The position numbers were made by a program, and so were the translations under genes. Source: a virus. From it: a DNA stretch of 64,000 nt. The notes under the pieces are model-generated. The model was not told where the DNA came from. It saw only the letters and a list, made by a program, of their open reading frames with translations, and did not search any database. The DNA is taken from IMG/VR virus record IMGVR_UViG_3300045999_013174. One strand, given 5' to 3'. Shown here in pieces: positions 38,742 to 47,737 of the stretch (position 1 is its first letter; each line of letters opens with the position of its first letter).

Positions 38742-39071
38742 ATGAACCTGGATACCCAGCAATTAAAAACTCGGTTGTTTTATGCTGACGCATGCCAGGC
38801 TAATGTTGCTCTTAAGGCGATTGAGGCTGATGCTAAGGGTGAGTATGACCGGTATAAGCACCTGATGAATGTTATTCGGGGTTTGCATTGGAGAATAGCT
38901 TCTTTGAGGTGCTTGCAGATGAGTGATGGGGTTTTGGTAAATGAAGATGCCCAGTGCCTGAGTACCGCTGATGTGTACTCAGTGCTGGATTGGATTAATC
39001 AGGTTTGCGGCACAGAATGCTGTAGCTGCACCTCTGTTCTTGAAGAAAACATCCCTCCATTGCTAATGTAA
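38742..39071 (+). CDS. hypothetical Cys-rich protein
   Basis: ORF track starts at a TTG at 38715. The ATG at 38742 directly after the upstream stop is preferred. C-terminal CGTECCSC. Confidence 0.35.
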   Translation: MNLDTQQLKTRLFYADACQANVALKAIEADAKGEYDRYKHLMNVIRGLHWRIASLRCLQMSDGVLVNEDAQCLSTADVYSVLDWINQVCGTECCSCTSVLEENIPPLLM

Positions 39072-41599
39072 TGCCTCCTGTAAAACGAATAGAACTTCCG
39101 ATAAGACCTGATGACCTGTTTAAGGTAATCAGGTTTTTTAACTCAAAACAGGACGAGCTTCATGTTTCGTTCAGGAATCTGCTCACCCAGCTTAAGAGTG
39201 AGCTTCAGCCTGGAGGAGGAGCATCTTCGCTTGATGAGTTGAGCGATGTAACCGTATCGAGCCCGGCGGGCGGGGATGTATTGACTTACAATAATCTAAC
39301 GGGCCAATGGGAAAACGCAACCCCTTCGGTTCAATTATTGGAAGTTGAGGACGAAGGCGTGAGTGTAGATGCTTCTGTTTCGGTAATAAACTTTGTTGGC
39401 CCAGGGGTTACTGTAAATCCAATAAGCCCTGGGGTTGTGGAAGTGGACGTCTCTTCTTCCGGAGGAAGCTCTCAGCTTAATGAGCCAACAGGCGTACTAT
39501 TCGGTGGCGTCTTGTCTGCTTCAATAGGAGGAACCACCTTTAGCCTAACAGCAGGTATCGGTCAGATTGTTACTCAGACATCCACAATATCAGGGGTATC
39601 AACAACGGTAACTCCTGTTTCTTGGGCCGCTGCAACAGCAGTTCCTATAACCAACATATCTACTGCTCCATTTACCTATGTTTTAATTAACAGCACAGGT
39701 GCTATAATTCAGCAGACAACACCATTTACCGACGCTCAGTACAAAACGCATATTGTTATTGGTATTCTGTGCCATATCAACCTTGCTACTGTAAACCTTG
39801 TAACCAATACTCAGAATGTAGCCTACCAAGACCCCTATAGGCTTGTTGAGTTAATAAGACTGTTTGGTCCTATTAAGAAAACAGGGCTAACTATAGGCCC
39901 TAACGGGGCCAATCTTCGTGTAAACAGGGCGTCGGGGGAGGTTTTCAAGATAGGCTCCAACTACACCACAGCAGCATTTGAGCCTGATGTGGATACTATA
40001 TCAGCAGTAACGCCTGCTCAGTTGTGTAGGGTTTACAGGGATGGTTCAGGAGGATTTGTATTTGACACCAATGGAGGGTTGTTTTATACCGATATAGCGC
40101 CTAACTTATGGGATAATGGTTCGGGAACTCCTCAAGCTGTTCCGTCAAACAGATGGACAGTACAAAGGCTTTTTATGTTTCCTGATAACCCTAATGACAT
40201 TATTTGTTATTATGGCATTCAGCTTTACAACAACTTTAGTGAAGCAAGAGCAGGTGTTGAATTTGAGCAGTTTGATGAAGCTCAGATAACTGCTGAAAAT
40301 GCCGTGTTCCTTGGGTTTTTATTTGTAAGACACAATGCAACTGCTCTTAATAATCCTTCACAAGCAGCTTTTCTTCAAGCTGGTTTGTTCAGAGGTATCC
40401 CTCCTGGTGGCGGAGGCTCAGGTGGCGCTGGAACGGTAACAAGTGTTGGCGCGACTGTTCCAAACCCAGTTAACCCTGCTTTTTCGGTAAACGTAACCAA
40501 CCCAACAACTACTCCATCGGTAGACATTACCGCAAACGGAGACCCAACTCAGTATGTTGATGGAGAAGGAGCATTGAGGCCGTTCCCGATAGTTCCGCCA
40601 CCGGAGTCTGTTTACCCTTACCAAAGACGGCAGTATTTTAATCTCGGAGACGGGCGTTCTTTAGGGTATTACCAAAACAAACTGTTTATAGTCAACAATA
40701 CAGCAAATCAAATTAGGGTAGTTGATACTGAAACAAACACTACCTTGCTTTCAACCATATTGAACCTTGCCAACACTTCGCAGATAATAGATGATATTGC
40801 CACTCCTGAGCATTGGTGTACATCAACTGGCGGGGCGGTTCAGATAGCAAGGCACAACGCTATTACAGGCGCCTTTATAGCAAACTCTACACCTACGGGT
40901 GTTGTAACTTCTGCGATACAGTCAAGGTTTGTTTCTTTTAGCTCAACAAAAACAATAGGGGCAAACTTAACCAATGTTTACACCATAAACCCTTCAACTT
41001 TTGTCACTGCAAATCTTACTGCGCATGGTTTAGGTACTTTAATGGTTTATTTGGCTGTAAACAAAAACCCATCCTCTCTGCATAATAATCTTTGTATGGT
41101 TGGGGGTCAAAATGGAATTATGCTGTTCGATTGCGTGACCAACACAACTACCTTGGCGGCAACAAATTTAGGAGGAGTTTTGGGTAATGTTTTAGAAGTG
41201 GCTTATGATGCTGTAAATGACCTTTGGTTTGTCGCAACTATTGTTTCCACCGTATTCAGAATTATTGCCTTGCAGCCAGCAAGCCCTACTACATTTAACA
41301 TCATTTACAATAAGTCAGATATATCCTCCAATGATTTTACACTTACTGGAGGTAACGCAAAACAAGTTTCATTAATCCCAATTCCGTCATTAGGGCAATT
41401 GTACGTATGCTTAAATAACCTTATTTACCCCTGTTCTATACTTACGGGTCAGGTTGTTAAAAGCGTAAACTTAATATCTCAGATAGGAACAGTGCGCCCA
41501 ACTAACGTAATTCTTGATGCGGTAAATAAAAGAATGTTTTATGTTACTGCCGGCTCAGGTAATACTACCGTATTTGAAATAATTTATGATAAGCCATGA
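39071..41599 (+). CDS. tail fibre / receptor-binding protein (putative)
   Basis: 842-aa beta-rich, Asn/Thr/Gly-rich ORF, last large gene of the structural block. ATGA-type coupling to upstream gene. Confidence 0.5.
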   Translation: MPPVKRIELPIRPDDLFKVIRFFNSKQDELHVSFRNLLTQLKSELQPGGGASSLDELSDVTVSSPAGGDVLTYNNLTGQWENATPSVQLLEVEDEGVSVDASVSVINFVGPGVTVNPISPGVVEVDVSSSGGSSQLNEPTGVLFGGVLSASIGGTTFSLTAGIGQIVTQTSTISGVSTTVTPVSWAAATAVPITNISTAPFTYVLINSTGAIIQQTTPFTDAQYKTHIVIGILCHINLATVNLVTNTQNVAYQDPYRLVELIRLFGPIKKTGLTIGPNGANLRVNRASGEVFKIGSNYTTAAFEPDVDTISAVTPAQLCRVYRDGSGGFVFDTNGGLFYTDIAPNLWDNGSGTPQAVPSNRWTVQRLFMFPDNPNDIICYYGIQLYNNFSEARAGVEFEQFDEAQITAENAVFLGFLFVRHNATALNNPSQAAFLQAGLFRGIPPGGGGSGGAGTVTSVGATVPNPVNPAFSVNVTNPTTTPSVDITANGDPTQYVDGEGALRPFPIVPPPESVYPYQRRQYFNLGDGRSLGYYQNKLFIVNNTANQIRVVDTETNTTLLSTILNLANTSQIIDDIATPEHWCTSTGGAVQIARHNAITGAFIANSTPTGVVTSAIQSRFVSFSSTKTIGANLTNVYTINPSTFVTANLTAHGLGTLMVYLAVNKNPSSLHNNLCMVGGQNGIMLFDCVTNTTTLAATNLGGVLGNVLEVAYDAVNDLWFVATIVSTVFRIIALQPASPTTFNIIYNKSDISSNDFTLTGGNAKQVSLIPIPSLGQLYVCLNNLIYPCSILTGQVVKSVNLISQIGTVRPTNVILDAVNKRMFYVTAGSGNTTVFEIIYDKP

Positions 41600-41817
41600 A
41601 AGCCTTAATCGACTTCTCAACCGACACGATTCTAAGCTGGGGGAAGCTATACGAAAGCGACCCCGAGGCCGTGGACGTACCCGATGACTATTCCCCCGAA
41701 AGTTATGACTACGTTCCTGAAATTCCCGGGGTGTATGACCCCGATGGGTTCATTCAAAAGCCTATCTTGGCTGAGCAAAATAACATTTGTCCAATTTGCC
41801 AACGCGAATTAAAATAA
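41596..41817 (+). CDS. hypothetical acidic protein
   Basis: 73-aa ORF, Asp/Glu/Pro-rich, ends with CPICQ. Confidence 0.3.
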   Translation: MKALIDFSTDTILSWGKLYESDPEAVDVPDDYSPESYDYVPEIPGVYDPDGFIQKPILAEQNNICPICQRELK

Positions 41818-41896
41818 CAACGAACCATGAAGACAAGACACGCTGACGGATACGTCGGAATTCGCGAAATCACTCTTTTTGCTATCCCGATTTGAT

Positions 41897-42307
41897 ATGA
41901 GCGGCATTAAATTCTGCGGGCAAACACTGGTGTGTACTCCAATAAAGTACACGCTCGCCTGTTCTAAGAAGGAATACCAAAAGGTTCTTCAAGGAATAGG
42001 CTATGAGGATTGGCGCAAAGAGGCTTTTACCCCGAACGAAACCACAGCATGCGTTCACACATTTACATCCGACAGCGGGCAGACAATAAAGATTGTGTGC
42101 ATCGACCATCAAGCCACAAAGGATTGGCCCATAGAGGAGGCTTATGCTGTGCTTGTTCATGAGGCGGTGCATATATGGCAAGACACAAGAGTCCAGCTCA
42201 ATGAGGCGCAGCCGAGCAGTGAATTTGAAGCGTATAGTCTGCAGAATATTTGCGCCGAACTTTTTTACCTTTACTCGAACTTTGCCAAGGAGCAGCAGTC
42301 GCCCTAA
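41897..42307 (+). CDS. small HExxH protein (putative minimal zinc metallopeptidase)
   Basis: ORF track start 41879 is a TTG; ATG at 41897 preferred. Contains VLVHEAVHIWQD (HExxH) with downstream SEFEAY as possible third ligand. Confidence 0.4.
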   Translation: MSGIKFCGQTLVCTPIKYTLACSKKEYQKVLQGIGYEDWRKEAFTPNETTACVHTFTSDSGQTIKIVCIDHQATKDWPIEEAYAVLVHEAVHIWQDTRVQLNEAQPSSEFEAYSLQNICAELFYLYSNFAKEQQSP

Positions 42308-42345
42308 GCCCAGCCTAACCCACTAATAAAACGAGGACAAATAGT

Positions 42346-42729
42346 ATGAGCGTAGCAAAAAAGACTAACCCTAAGCTTTGGGAAGCGGCTAAGTCTAAAG
42401 CAAAGGCCCGGATGGGAGGGAAGCACTCTGCCAGGGCGATGCAGCTGGCGGTGTCTATTTATAAAAAAGAGGGGGGCGGATTTGAAGGAAAGAAATCTTC
42501 ATCCAATAAGTTATCCAAGTGGACAAAGCAAAAGTGGCGGACGAAGAGCGGGAAGCCTTCAGGTGAAACCGGAGAGCGGTATCTCCCTGAGAAGGCTATC
42601 AAAAACCTGACGAGCGAAGAGTATGCGCAAACAACAGCGGCCAAAAGAAAGGGCTCAAAAAAAGGGCAGCAGTTTGTAAAGCAGCCAAAAAAAATTGCTG
42701 AAAAAACAAGGCGATACCGCAGTTCATAA
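42346..42729 (+). CDS. small lysine-rich protein
   Basis: 127 aa. N-terminal PKLWEAAKSKAKA..SARAMQLAVSIYKKEGGGF resembles a widespread uncharacterised small-protein family (recalled, not searched). Very basic C-terminus. Confidence 0.45.
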   Translation: MSVAKKTNPKLWEAAKSKAKARMGGKHSARAMQLAVSIYKKEGGGFEGKKSSSNKLSKWTKQKWRTKSGKPSGETGERYLPEKAIKNLTSEEYAQTTAAKRKGSKKGQQFVKQPKKIAEKTRRYRSS

Positions 42730-42767
42730 TAAACATCTTACCTTTCATAACCAAAACAAATCCAATC

Positions 42768-42998
42768 ATGCCAAACAATCCAAAACCTAAATTCCCTAAA
42801 ATCGACAAGAAGCTTGGGCCTCATTTCGGCGCCGGAGCCATCGGCACCTTTGCTGCCGCGTACGCTCCCGAAATCGGAGCTGCCGTTAAAAGAGGCGCCA
42901 AGAAGGCTAAAAAGGCTATCAAGAAGACTGTTTCAAACATTAAAAGCAAATCTGCCAACAGGCGGACGGCCGATGGTGTGGTGAAGCGCAAAAAGTAA
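42768..42998 (+). CDS. small lysine-rich protein
   Basis: 76-aa ORF, about 28% Lys/Arg. Confidence 0.4.
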   Translation: MPNNPKPKFPKIDKKLGPHFGAGAIGTFAAAYAPEIGAAVKRGAKKAKKAIKKTVSNIKSKSANRRTADGVVKRKK

Positions 42999-43017
42999 CC
43001 GGATACTCCGGCTGCAA

Positions 43018-43037
43018 TCAATCACAATCAATCACCT
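43018..43037 (+). repeat. tandem direct repeat 2 x AATCAATCAC
   Basis: GCAATCAATCACAATCAATCACC immediately upstream of the 43-aa lysine-rich ORF. Confidence 0.4.
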
Positions 43038-43050
43038 AATCTCAAAAACC

Positions 43051-43182
43051 ATGTACAACAACTCAGACAAAAAAACAATGCCCCTTGCCAAGAAGAAGAC
43101 ACGCAAGACAGGCAGCAAAAAACCTGTAGCGCAAAAAGGCAAAATGGCTAAAAAGGCCATGGCTATGCGCAAAATGAAGTAA
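43051..43182 (+). CDS. very small lysine-rich protein (43 aa)
   Basis: ATG-initiated 44-codon ORF below the ORF-track cutoff (MYNNSDKKTMPLAKKKTRKTGSKKPVAQKGKMAKKAMAMRKMK). Preceded by a tandem 10-mer repeat. Confidence 0.3.
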   Translation: MYNNSDKKTMPLAKKKTRKTGSKKPVAQKGKMAKKAMAMRKMK

Positions 43183-43202
43183 CCAGCAAACCAAGCAGAC
43201 CG

Positions 43203-43469
43203 ATGGCCCGCAACAAATTAGCAGGTAAAGGCACCGGCCGGTACAATGAAAGTACCGGCCGTGACTATTCGTATGACAAGAAGTATCAGGCGAAGAAAAA
43301 GCAAAAGAAGTATCGCGCAAAACTAAACAAGGCCAATCGAGACAGCGGCACCTATGGAAACGGAGACGGTATGGATAAAAGCCATACTAAGAGCGGAAGG
43401 CTCGTTAATGAGAAACAAAGGTGGAATAGGGCTCGTAATGGAGCAAACGGAAAATCAACTAAAAAATAA
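43203..43469 (+). CDS. small basic protein
   Basis: 88-aa ORF rich in K/R/N/G. Confidence 0.4.
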   Translation: MARNKLAGKGTGRYNESTGRDYSYDKKYQAKKKQKKYRAKLNKANRDSGTYGNGDGMDKSHTKSGRLVNEKQRWNRARNGANGKSTKK

Positions 43470-43474
43470 CCGTT

Positions 43475-43957
43475 ATGAAAACAGATGCGATTACTTTGTC
43501 AAGGATTGAGCTTATGCACCCGAAGGTTCGAGAAGAGGTTCGGCGCATGTATGAATCAATTTGCCAGGCTTTAACCGGTAGAGCTCTTTGCCGATTCACG
43601 CACACCTTAAGGACATTCGAGGAGCAGAATGCATTATTTGCACAAGGGAGAACAGCTCCCGGGAAGAGGGTCACTAACGCCCGGGGTGGAGCGTCGTTTC
43701 ACAACTATGGGCTCGCCTTTGATATTTGCCTTATTGTTGACGGGAAAACCGCCTCGTGGGACATGAAGAGCGATTTTGACCAAGATAGAAAGTCTGATTG
43801 GATGGAGGTTGTTGCTATCGCAAAGTCATTTGGGTGGGAATGGGGCGGAGATTGGAAGAAATTCCCGGATGCTCCGCATTTCCAAAAGACCTTTGGTTAT
43901 ACAACCAAAGAACTCATGGGGCTACGCAAGGCGAATGCGACATATCCTGATATTTAG
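43475..43957 (+). CDS. endolysin, peptidase M15 family (L-alanyl-D-glutamate peptidase type)
   Basis: SFHNYGLAFDI (H-x6-D) and DAPHFQ (D-x-H) zinc-ligand motifs typical of VanY/M15C phage endolysins. Confidence 0.8.
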   Translation: MKTDAITLSRIELMHPKVREEVRRMYESICQALTGRALCRFTHTLRTFEEQNALFAQGRTAPGKRVTNARGGASFHNYGLAFDICLIVDGKTASWDMKSDFDQDRKSDWMEVVAIAKSFGWEWGGDWKKFPDAPHFQKTFGYTTKELMGLRKANATYPDI

Positions 43958-44005
43958 CGCTCACTAAAGATGTCAAAATATAGTGCGTTTTAGGTATTAT
44001 CTCTT

Positions 44006-44599
44006 ATGTCGAGAGCGTACCTTTACTGGGCGATGATTCCAGCAAGCTTACTTTTAGAAAACTCTCTTAACTGGTTCTTTTTCAGGTCTGACGACGCTGG
44101 CAAGATTGTCTATTGTAATGAATTGTTTGAGTCTTACATTGACCATATTCAGCCAAACACGGTTGGAGACCTTGTAAAACTTGAAAAAGACAAGGATAAG
44201 GTGGAGTCTGCGATGGAAAAGGCGAAGGCTATTTCGCCCTTTCCTGTTCGTGTTCAATGCAGGATTTTACAAAACACAGGAGCTTACCGGTGGTCAACAT
44301 GGGAAATCTCTTATGGAGACAACCTGCATCACTGGATTGGCGTACAGTTATTTGACGTAGTTTCCATTGCCGCACACGAGCACGAAGAACAAGCTCGCCT
44401 CCTTGAAAAAATAGCCTGGCACCACAGCCACAAAATCAGGCGGCCCTTATCGAACATTCTTGGGGTTTTGGGGCTAATGGAAAAGTCGACAGGCCCGGCG
44501 GTTGAAGAGCTTGTCCCAATGCTTTCGACTGCTGCAAAAGAGCTTGATGAGGAAATAAAAAACATCGTGAATCTAACAGCAAGACCAAAAGATTCATAG
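44006..44599 (+). CDS. PAS-HisKA protein lacking an ATPase domain
   Basis: 197 aa. N-terminal PAS-like segment (..GAYRWSTWEIS..) followed by H-box AWHHSHKIRRPLSNILGVLGLM. The ORF ends before any HATPase_c N/G1/G2 boxes. Confidence 0.55.
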   Translation: MSRAYLYWAMIPASLLLENSLNWFFFRSDDAGKIVYCNELFESYIDHIQPNTVGDLVKLEKDKDKVESAMEKAKAISPFPVRVQCRILQNTGAYRWSTWEISYGDNLHHWIGVQLFDVVSIAAHEHEEQARLLEKIAWHHSHKIRRPLSNILGVLGLMEKSTGPAVEELVPMLSTAAKELDEEIKNIVNLTARPKDS

Positions 44600-44628
44600 A
44601 TTAGTGCTCACCCAAAAGGGTTATTGCA

Positions 44629-44868
44629 ATGCAAAAAAAATCAGACCTTTCAGCAGTATCGGCGACCGATTTGACAGATGAGCAGTACAACTCCAGGCTC
44701 ATCAGAGTTTTTATAGAAGGCGCTATTGAGGAACGTTATGACACCGAGCAAATTCCTGATATGCTAAGCTCTTTATGCAGATGCGCTGGCGATAACGCAG
44801 TCAAGGGTAAGAGAGAGCTGATTGCCCAGTTTTTTTATGAGAGTCGCATTGCGGGCCTCTCTGTTTAG
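44629..44868 (+). CDS. hypothetical protein
   Basis: 79-aa ORF. Confidence 0.3.
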   Translation: MQKKSDLSAVSATDLTDEQYNSRLIRVFIEGAIEERYDTEQIPDMLSSLCRCAGDNAVKGKRELIAQFFYESRIAGLSV

Positions 44869-44909
44869 AATGTCAATTTTTATATCTTTATCGCCCCAGG
44901 CCGATAAGG

Positions 44910-45356
44910 ATGTCGACAGACGAGTTAACGATATACATTATTGATAATTATGGGCATTGCGCAATAAAGCCGGATGGGTCTCCCAAAAAAGGCTTTATGC
45001 TCAATGTAAACTATCGCGATGTAATAGACGCTATAGATGCCATCTTGCCGTTCAAGGACGACGGCTCATACAAAAAATGCATTGAGGTTCAGCGCAAAAC
45101 CATCATGTCTGTGATACTAACTCGGCACGTATCGTCCAAACTGCTTCTGAAAAGGGTAGCCTATCTCCTTAATGTATCAAGCCATGCGCTTATTGTGCAT
45201 TACCGTAGGCAGCACGATAAAAAAATGCAAAGCATAAAACTGGAAGACCGGGATTATCAGCGTTCATTCGCTGTGGTTATTGACACCCTTTCATTTCAGA
45301 GCGACAAAAATAAACAACGAATTGACAATCTTTTATCGGGCAAAATTTCGCCTTGA
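44910..45356 (+). CDS. hypothetical protein
   Basis: 148-aa ORF followed by hairpin terminator 45391-45430. Confidence 0.4.
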   Translation: MSTDELTIYIIDNYGHCAIKPDGSPKKGFMLNVNYRDVIDAIDAILPFKDDGSYKKCIEVQRKTIMSVILTRHVSSKLLLKRVAYLLNVSSHALIVHYRRQHDKKMQSIKLEDRDYQRSFAVVIDTLSFQSDKNKQRIDNLLSGKISP

Positions 45357-45390
45357 CAATATCTTTGAGCCGTTCTGTTCTGTTATGTTG

Positions 45391-45430
45391 AAAGGGCGGC
45401 TCATCGAAAGGTGTCCGCCCTTCTCTTTTC
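45391..45430 (+). terminator. candidate intrinsic terminator
   Basis: AAGGGCGG-(16 nt)-CCGCCCTT stem followed by CTCTTTT. Confidence 0.5.
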
Positions 45431-45433
45431 ACC

Positions 45434-45745
45434 ATGCAACAATCCCTATTTGACCACGAACGGATTCAATCCTGTAATAAAGACGGAAGGAAGCCCACAG
45501 CTATTAATGTAAAATCCTTTTTTAAGGCCCCGGAATCTATTCGGCTTGGGGACCTATATGTAAGTTATACCGGTAGGGTGATGCTTGCAATGAAGTATGT
45601 TGTTGATGGCAAAAATGACCTTGGAATGCCGGTTGTTAAACTTCAAGTAAGAGAGGGTAGGGAGAATCCATTTGAATACAAGCTGGTGTCCGTTGACTCA
45701 TTCGCAAGAGCCGTAGAGTCTAAAAAGCTTGTTATGGTAGTGTAA
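45434..45745 (+). CDS. hypothetical protein
   Basis: 103-aa ORF. Confidence 0.4.
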   Translation: MQQSLFDHERIQSCNKDGRKPTAINVKSFFKAPESIRLGDLYVSYTGRVMLAMKYVVDGKNDLGMPVVKLQVREGRENPFEYKLVSVDSFARAVESKKLVMVV

Positions 45746-45799
45746 GGTCGGCGCGGTTATGAATAGAAACAATCGCTCTTATTGTGCGTAATAAAGGTC

Positions 45800-46570
45800 A
45801 TGAAGACCTTTATCTTTATTTTGATTATGTGTGTAGGCGGGAGCCTCATTGCTCAGTGCAACATCCGAACCGCACCGACATTCCTCGCTCTGCCGTCCTT
45901 TTTCGGGTTATTCCTGAATGGTCATTGCGTATCGCAGAATATGGCCGACACAACTATCTGCGTGAAGTTTCCACCCACCGCAACGGGAAGGGTGGCGGCA
46001 TTCTCAGTAAGTTCCCCGAACGGCTCTCCGGCATTTATCACCTCATACGCTCAGTACAACGAGCAATGCGTATTCATATCCAACTCCCCGCTTATTTGGC
46101 CGTCATCCGACACCACTACCGTGTGCTACACCATTCAAACAGCACTCATTGACAACTTCTGCCCGTACGCCCTACAAGTGTCCGGCCTTGCCGTTGAGTG
46201 GTGTGGAGTTTCTGCTACCATGCAAGGAGCCTATATAGACATCAGATTCTCCACCTGTTCCAACACAGGCACCGACAAGTTTATAATCCAAGCAAGCCAT
46301 GACCTAATCACATGGCAATCGTTCGGCAAAGTTTCGGCGCAATACCCTAACCACCCCGACAGGCTAAATTACCAAGTCACACTACCGCCCTGCATCGCGG
46401 GAAATCAGTACATCAGAATTGTTGAGTTGGACTTGAACGGTAATACGCAACCGTCCGAACCGGTGTTTGTTTCGGTGCCTTCTCCGGCGGTAACCACCAA
46501 AGGGTCATTTGATATCTTAGGGCGTGTCATTAGCGCCGATTCACCGTACCTTTACCGCGTTGGCAACTGA
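45800..46570 (+). CDS. secreted protein with N-terminal signal peptide
   Basis: ATG at 45800 gives MKTFIFILIMCVGGSLIAQC.. (classic Sec signal); the 45782 start in the ORF track is a TTG. Cys-rich beta-rich body. Confidence 0.45.
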   Translation: MKTFIFILIMCVGGSLIAQCNIRTAPTFLALPSFFGLFLNGHCVSQNMADTTICVKFPPTATGRVAAFSVSSPNGSPAFITSYAQYNEQCVFISNSPLIWPSSDTTTVCYTIQTALIDNFCPYALQVSGLAVEWCGVSATMQGAYIDIRFSTCSNTGTDKFIIQASHDLITWQSFGKVSAQYPNHPDRLNYQVTLPPCIAGNQYIRIVELDLNGNTQPSEPVFVSVPSPAVTTKGSFDILGRVISADSPYLYRVGN

Positions 46571-46572
46571 CT

Positions 46573-46830
46573 ATGACATCCGAAGAATTTAACAGCCTTA
46601 AACGCAAGCTGGAACTTATATTCCACTACCTCGGGCGTACCGTTGGCCTGCTCATTTTGGTTAGCGCCTATTGGGCTTCCCGCGCAGGTGTCATCAATAC
46701 CGCATCGGGGCTTTTATGGGTGTTCGTGGCGGCGGCAATAGGACTGTTCGGGAATAAGGTTAACTTTGAGTTCTTAAAACACATCCTTCCAATATCCAAG
46801 AAAGGAGGTAACGATGAACACAGCAGCTAA
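46573..46830 (+). CDS. small membrane protein (holin-like, speculative)
   Basis: 85 aa with two predicted TM helices and a charged C-terminus. Confidence 0.35.
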   Translation: MTSEEFNSLKRKLELIFHYLGRTVGLLILVSAYWASRAGVINTASGLLWVFVAAAIGLFGNKVNFEFLKHILPISKKGGNDEHSS

Positions 46831-47155
46831 TGATACTTTGCCTTATGTGGTTGTCAATGGTGATACCATCTACCTCGATGGCACTTTTGCACCGGCATAC
46901 ATTCGCACCTTTGAAGAGCCTAAGCAACTTACCGCTTTCGACACCATTCAGCCATGCGACATAAAGCTGCTTGAGGTTGGTGATACCGCCCGCTCGGCTT
47001 CCTTCGTTGGCACCATTAAGCCCAACGTGTGCGCCGGATATTCGCCAAGCCCTGATGATATCTCCATCACCTGCACCGATTCTATAATGTGGGCGTTTAC
47101 CACCTACGCCCTGCTAAAGCTATGCTTCAAAGTTGCGTTTTGGCCGAGGGCGTGA
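46814..47155 (+). CDS. hypothetical protein
   Basis: 113-aa ORF, last gene of the plus-strand block. Confidence 0.35.
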   Translation: MNTAANDTLPYVVVNGDTIYLDGTFAPAYIRTFEEPKQLTAFDTIQPCDIKLLEVGDTARSASFVGTIKPNVCAGYSPSPDDISITCTDSIMWAFTTYALLKLCFKVAFWPRA

Positions 47156-47183
47156 GGGTTATTCATCCAATAATCGACTACTA

Positions 47184-47245
47184 AAACCAAGGCTATTCAT
47201 TATTGTTTTCTTGGTTTCTTTAGGCAAATCTGCCTCTAAAAAAAT
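47184..47245. terminator. candidate bidirectional terminator region at the convergent strand switch
   Basis: Two hairpins, AAACCAAG...CTTGGTTT and AGGCA-aatc-TGCCT, flanked by T- and A-runs between the converging gene blocks. May overlap a 57-codon minus-strand ORF. Confidence 0.3.
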
Positions 47246-47455
47246 GGTAAGCTTATTTTCAACAAGCCATTTAGCCAAATGCTTATAGGCTAAATAGTTT
47301 TTTAAGGCAGGTAGTTTATCCTTTGCGGTCATATTTCTGTTTTAATCCTTACTGAGACCCGCCAGCGCGGTAAGCGGTGTTTATCAACCATTCGGAAATC
47401 CCGAACAGTTGGGGTGCAATTTTGTGAAGCGAATAAAGTGGCGCAAACACGGTAG

Positions 47456-47737
47456 TTAGGCGAGATTGCCAACAGCATCCTCAACCAATTTACGGATTTT
47501 CTTTTTGACTGATTTTTTAAGTTTCCTATACTCATCTTGGTAGTTATCAGCACACCAAACTTCATTAACATATTTTACAGCTTCATTTTTAAAAACCGTA
47601 GCATACCATCGCATTTTAAAGCCATTTGCAGTTACCATTACCATATATGTAGTTTGGCTTGAAGAGAAAGCAACCTCGCCTAACAGCACATTTGCAATAG
47701 GCGGGGTTTCGTGGTTTAATGATGTTTCGTGTTCCAT
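47456..47737 (-). CDS. small protein, MEHE-family paralog 1
   Basis: 93 aa starting ATGGAACACGAAAC (MEHET). N-terminal 30 aa paralogous to the gene at 48645-48848. Start codon bracketed by inverted repeat arms. Confidence 0.5.
   Translation of the reverse strand: MEHETSLNHETPPIANVLLGEVAFSSSQTTYMVMVTANGFKMRWYATVFKNEAVKYVNEVWCADNYQDEYRKLKKSVKKKIRKLVEDAVGNLA

Noticed and set aside
45784-46152. 122-aa alternative-frame ORF overlapping the secreted-protein gene
   Set aside because: Same strand, different frame. The 45800 frame carries a canonical signal peptide and extends much further.
45782-46570. T9SS C-terminal sorting domain on the secreted protein
   Set aside because: The C-terminus (..GSFDILGRVISADSPYLYRVGN) is too short and lacks the full conserved CTD pattern. 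Only the signal peptide is supported.
47329-47571. 80-aa minus-strand ORF overlapping MEHE paralog 1
   Set aside because: It overlaps the paralog gene that is supported by family conservation, and its start lies in the convergent intergenic region. A separate 57-codon ORF at about 47160-47331 is possible but below any evidence threshold.
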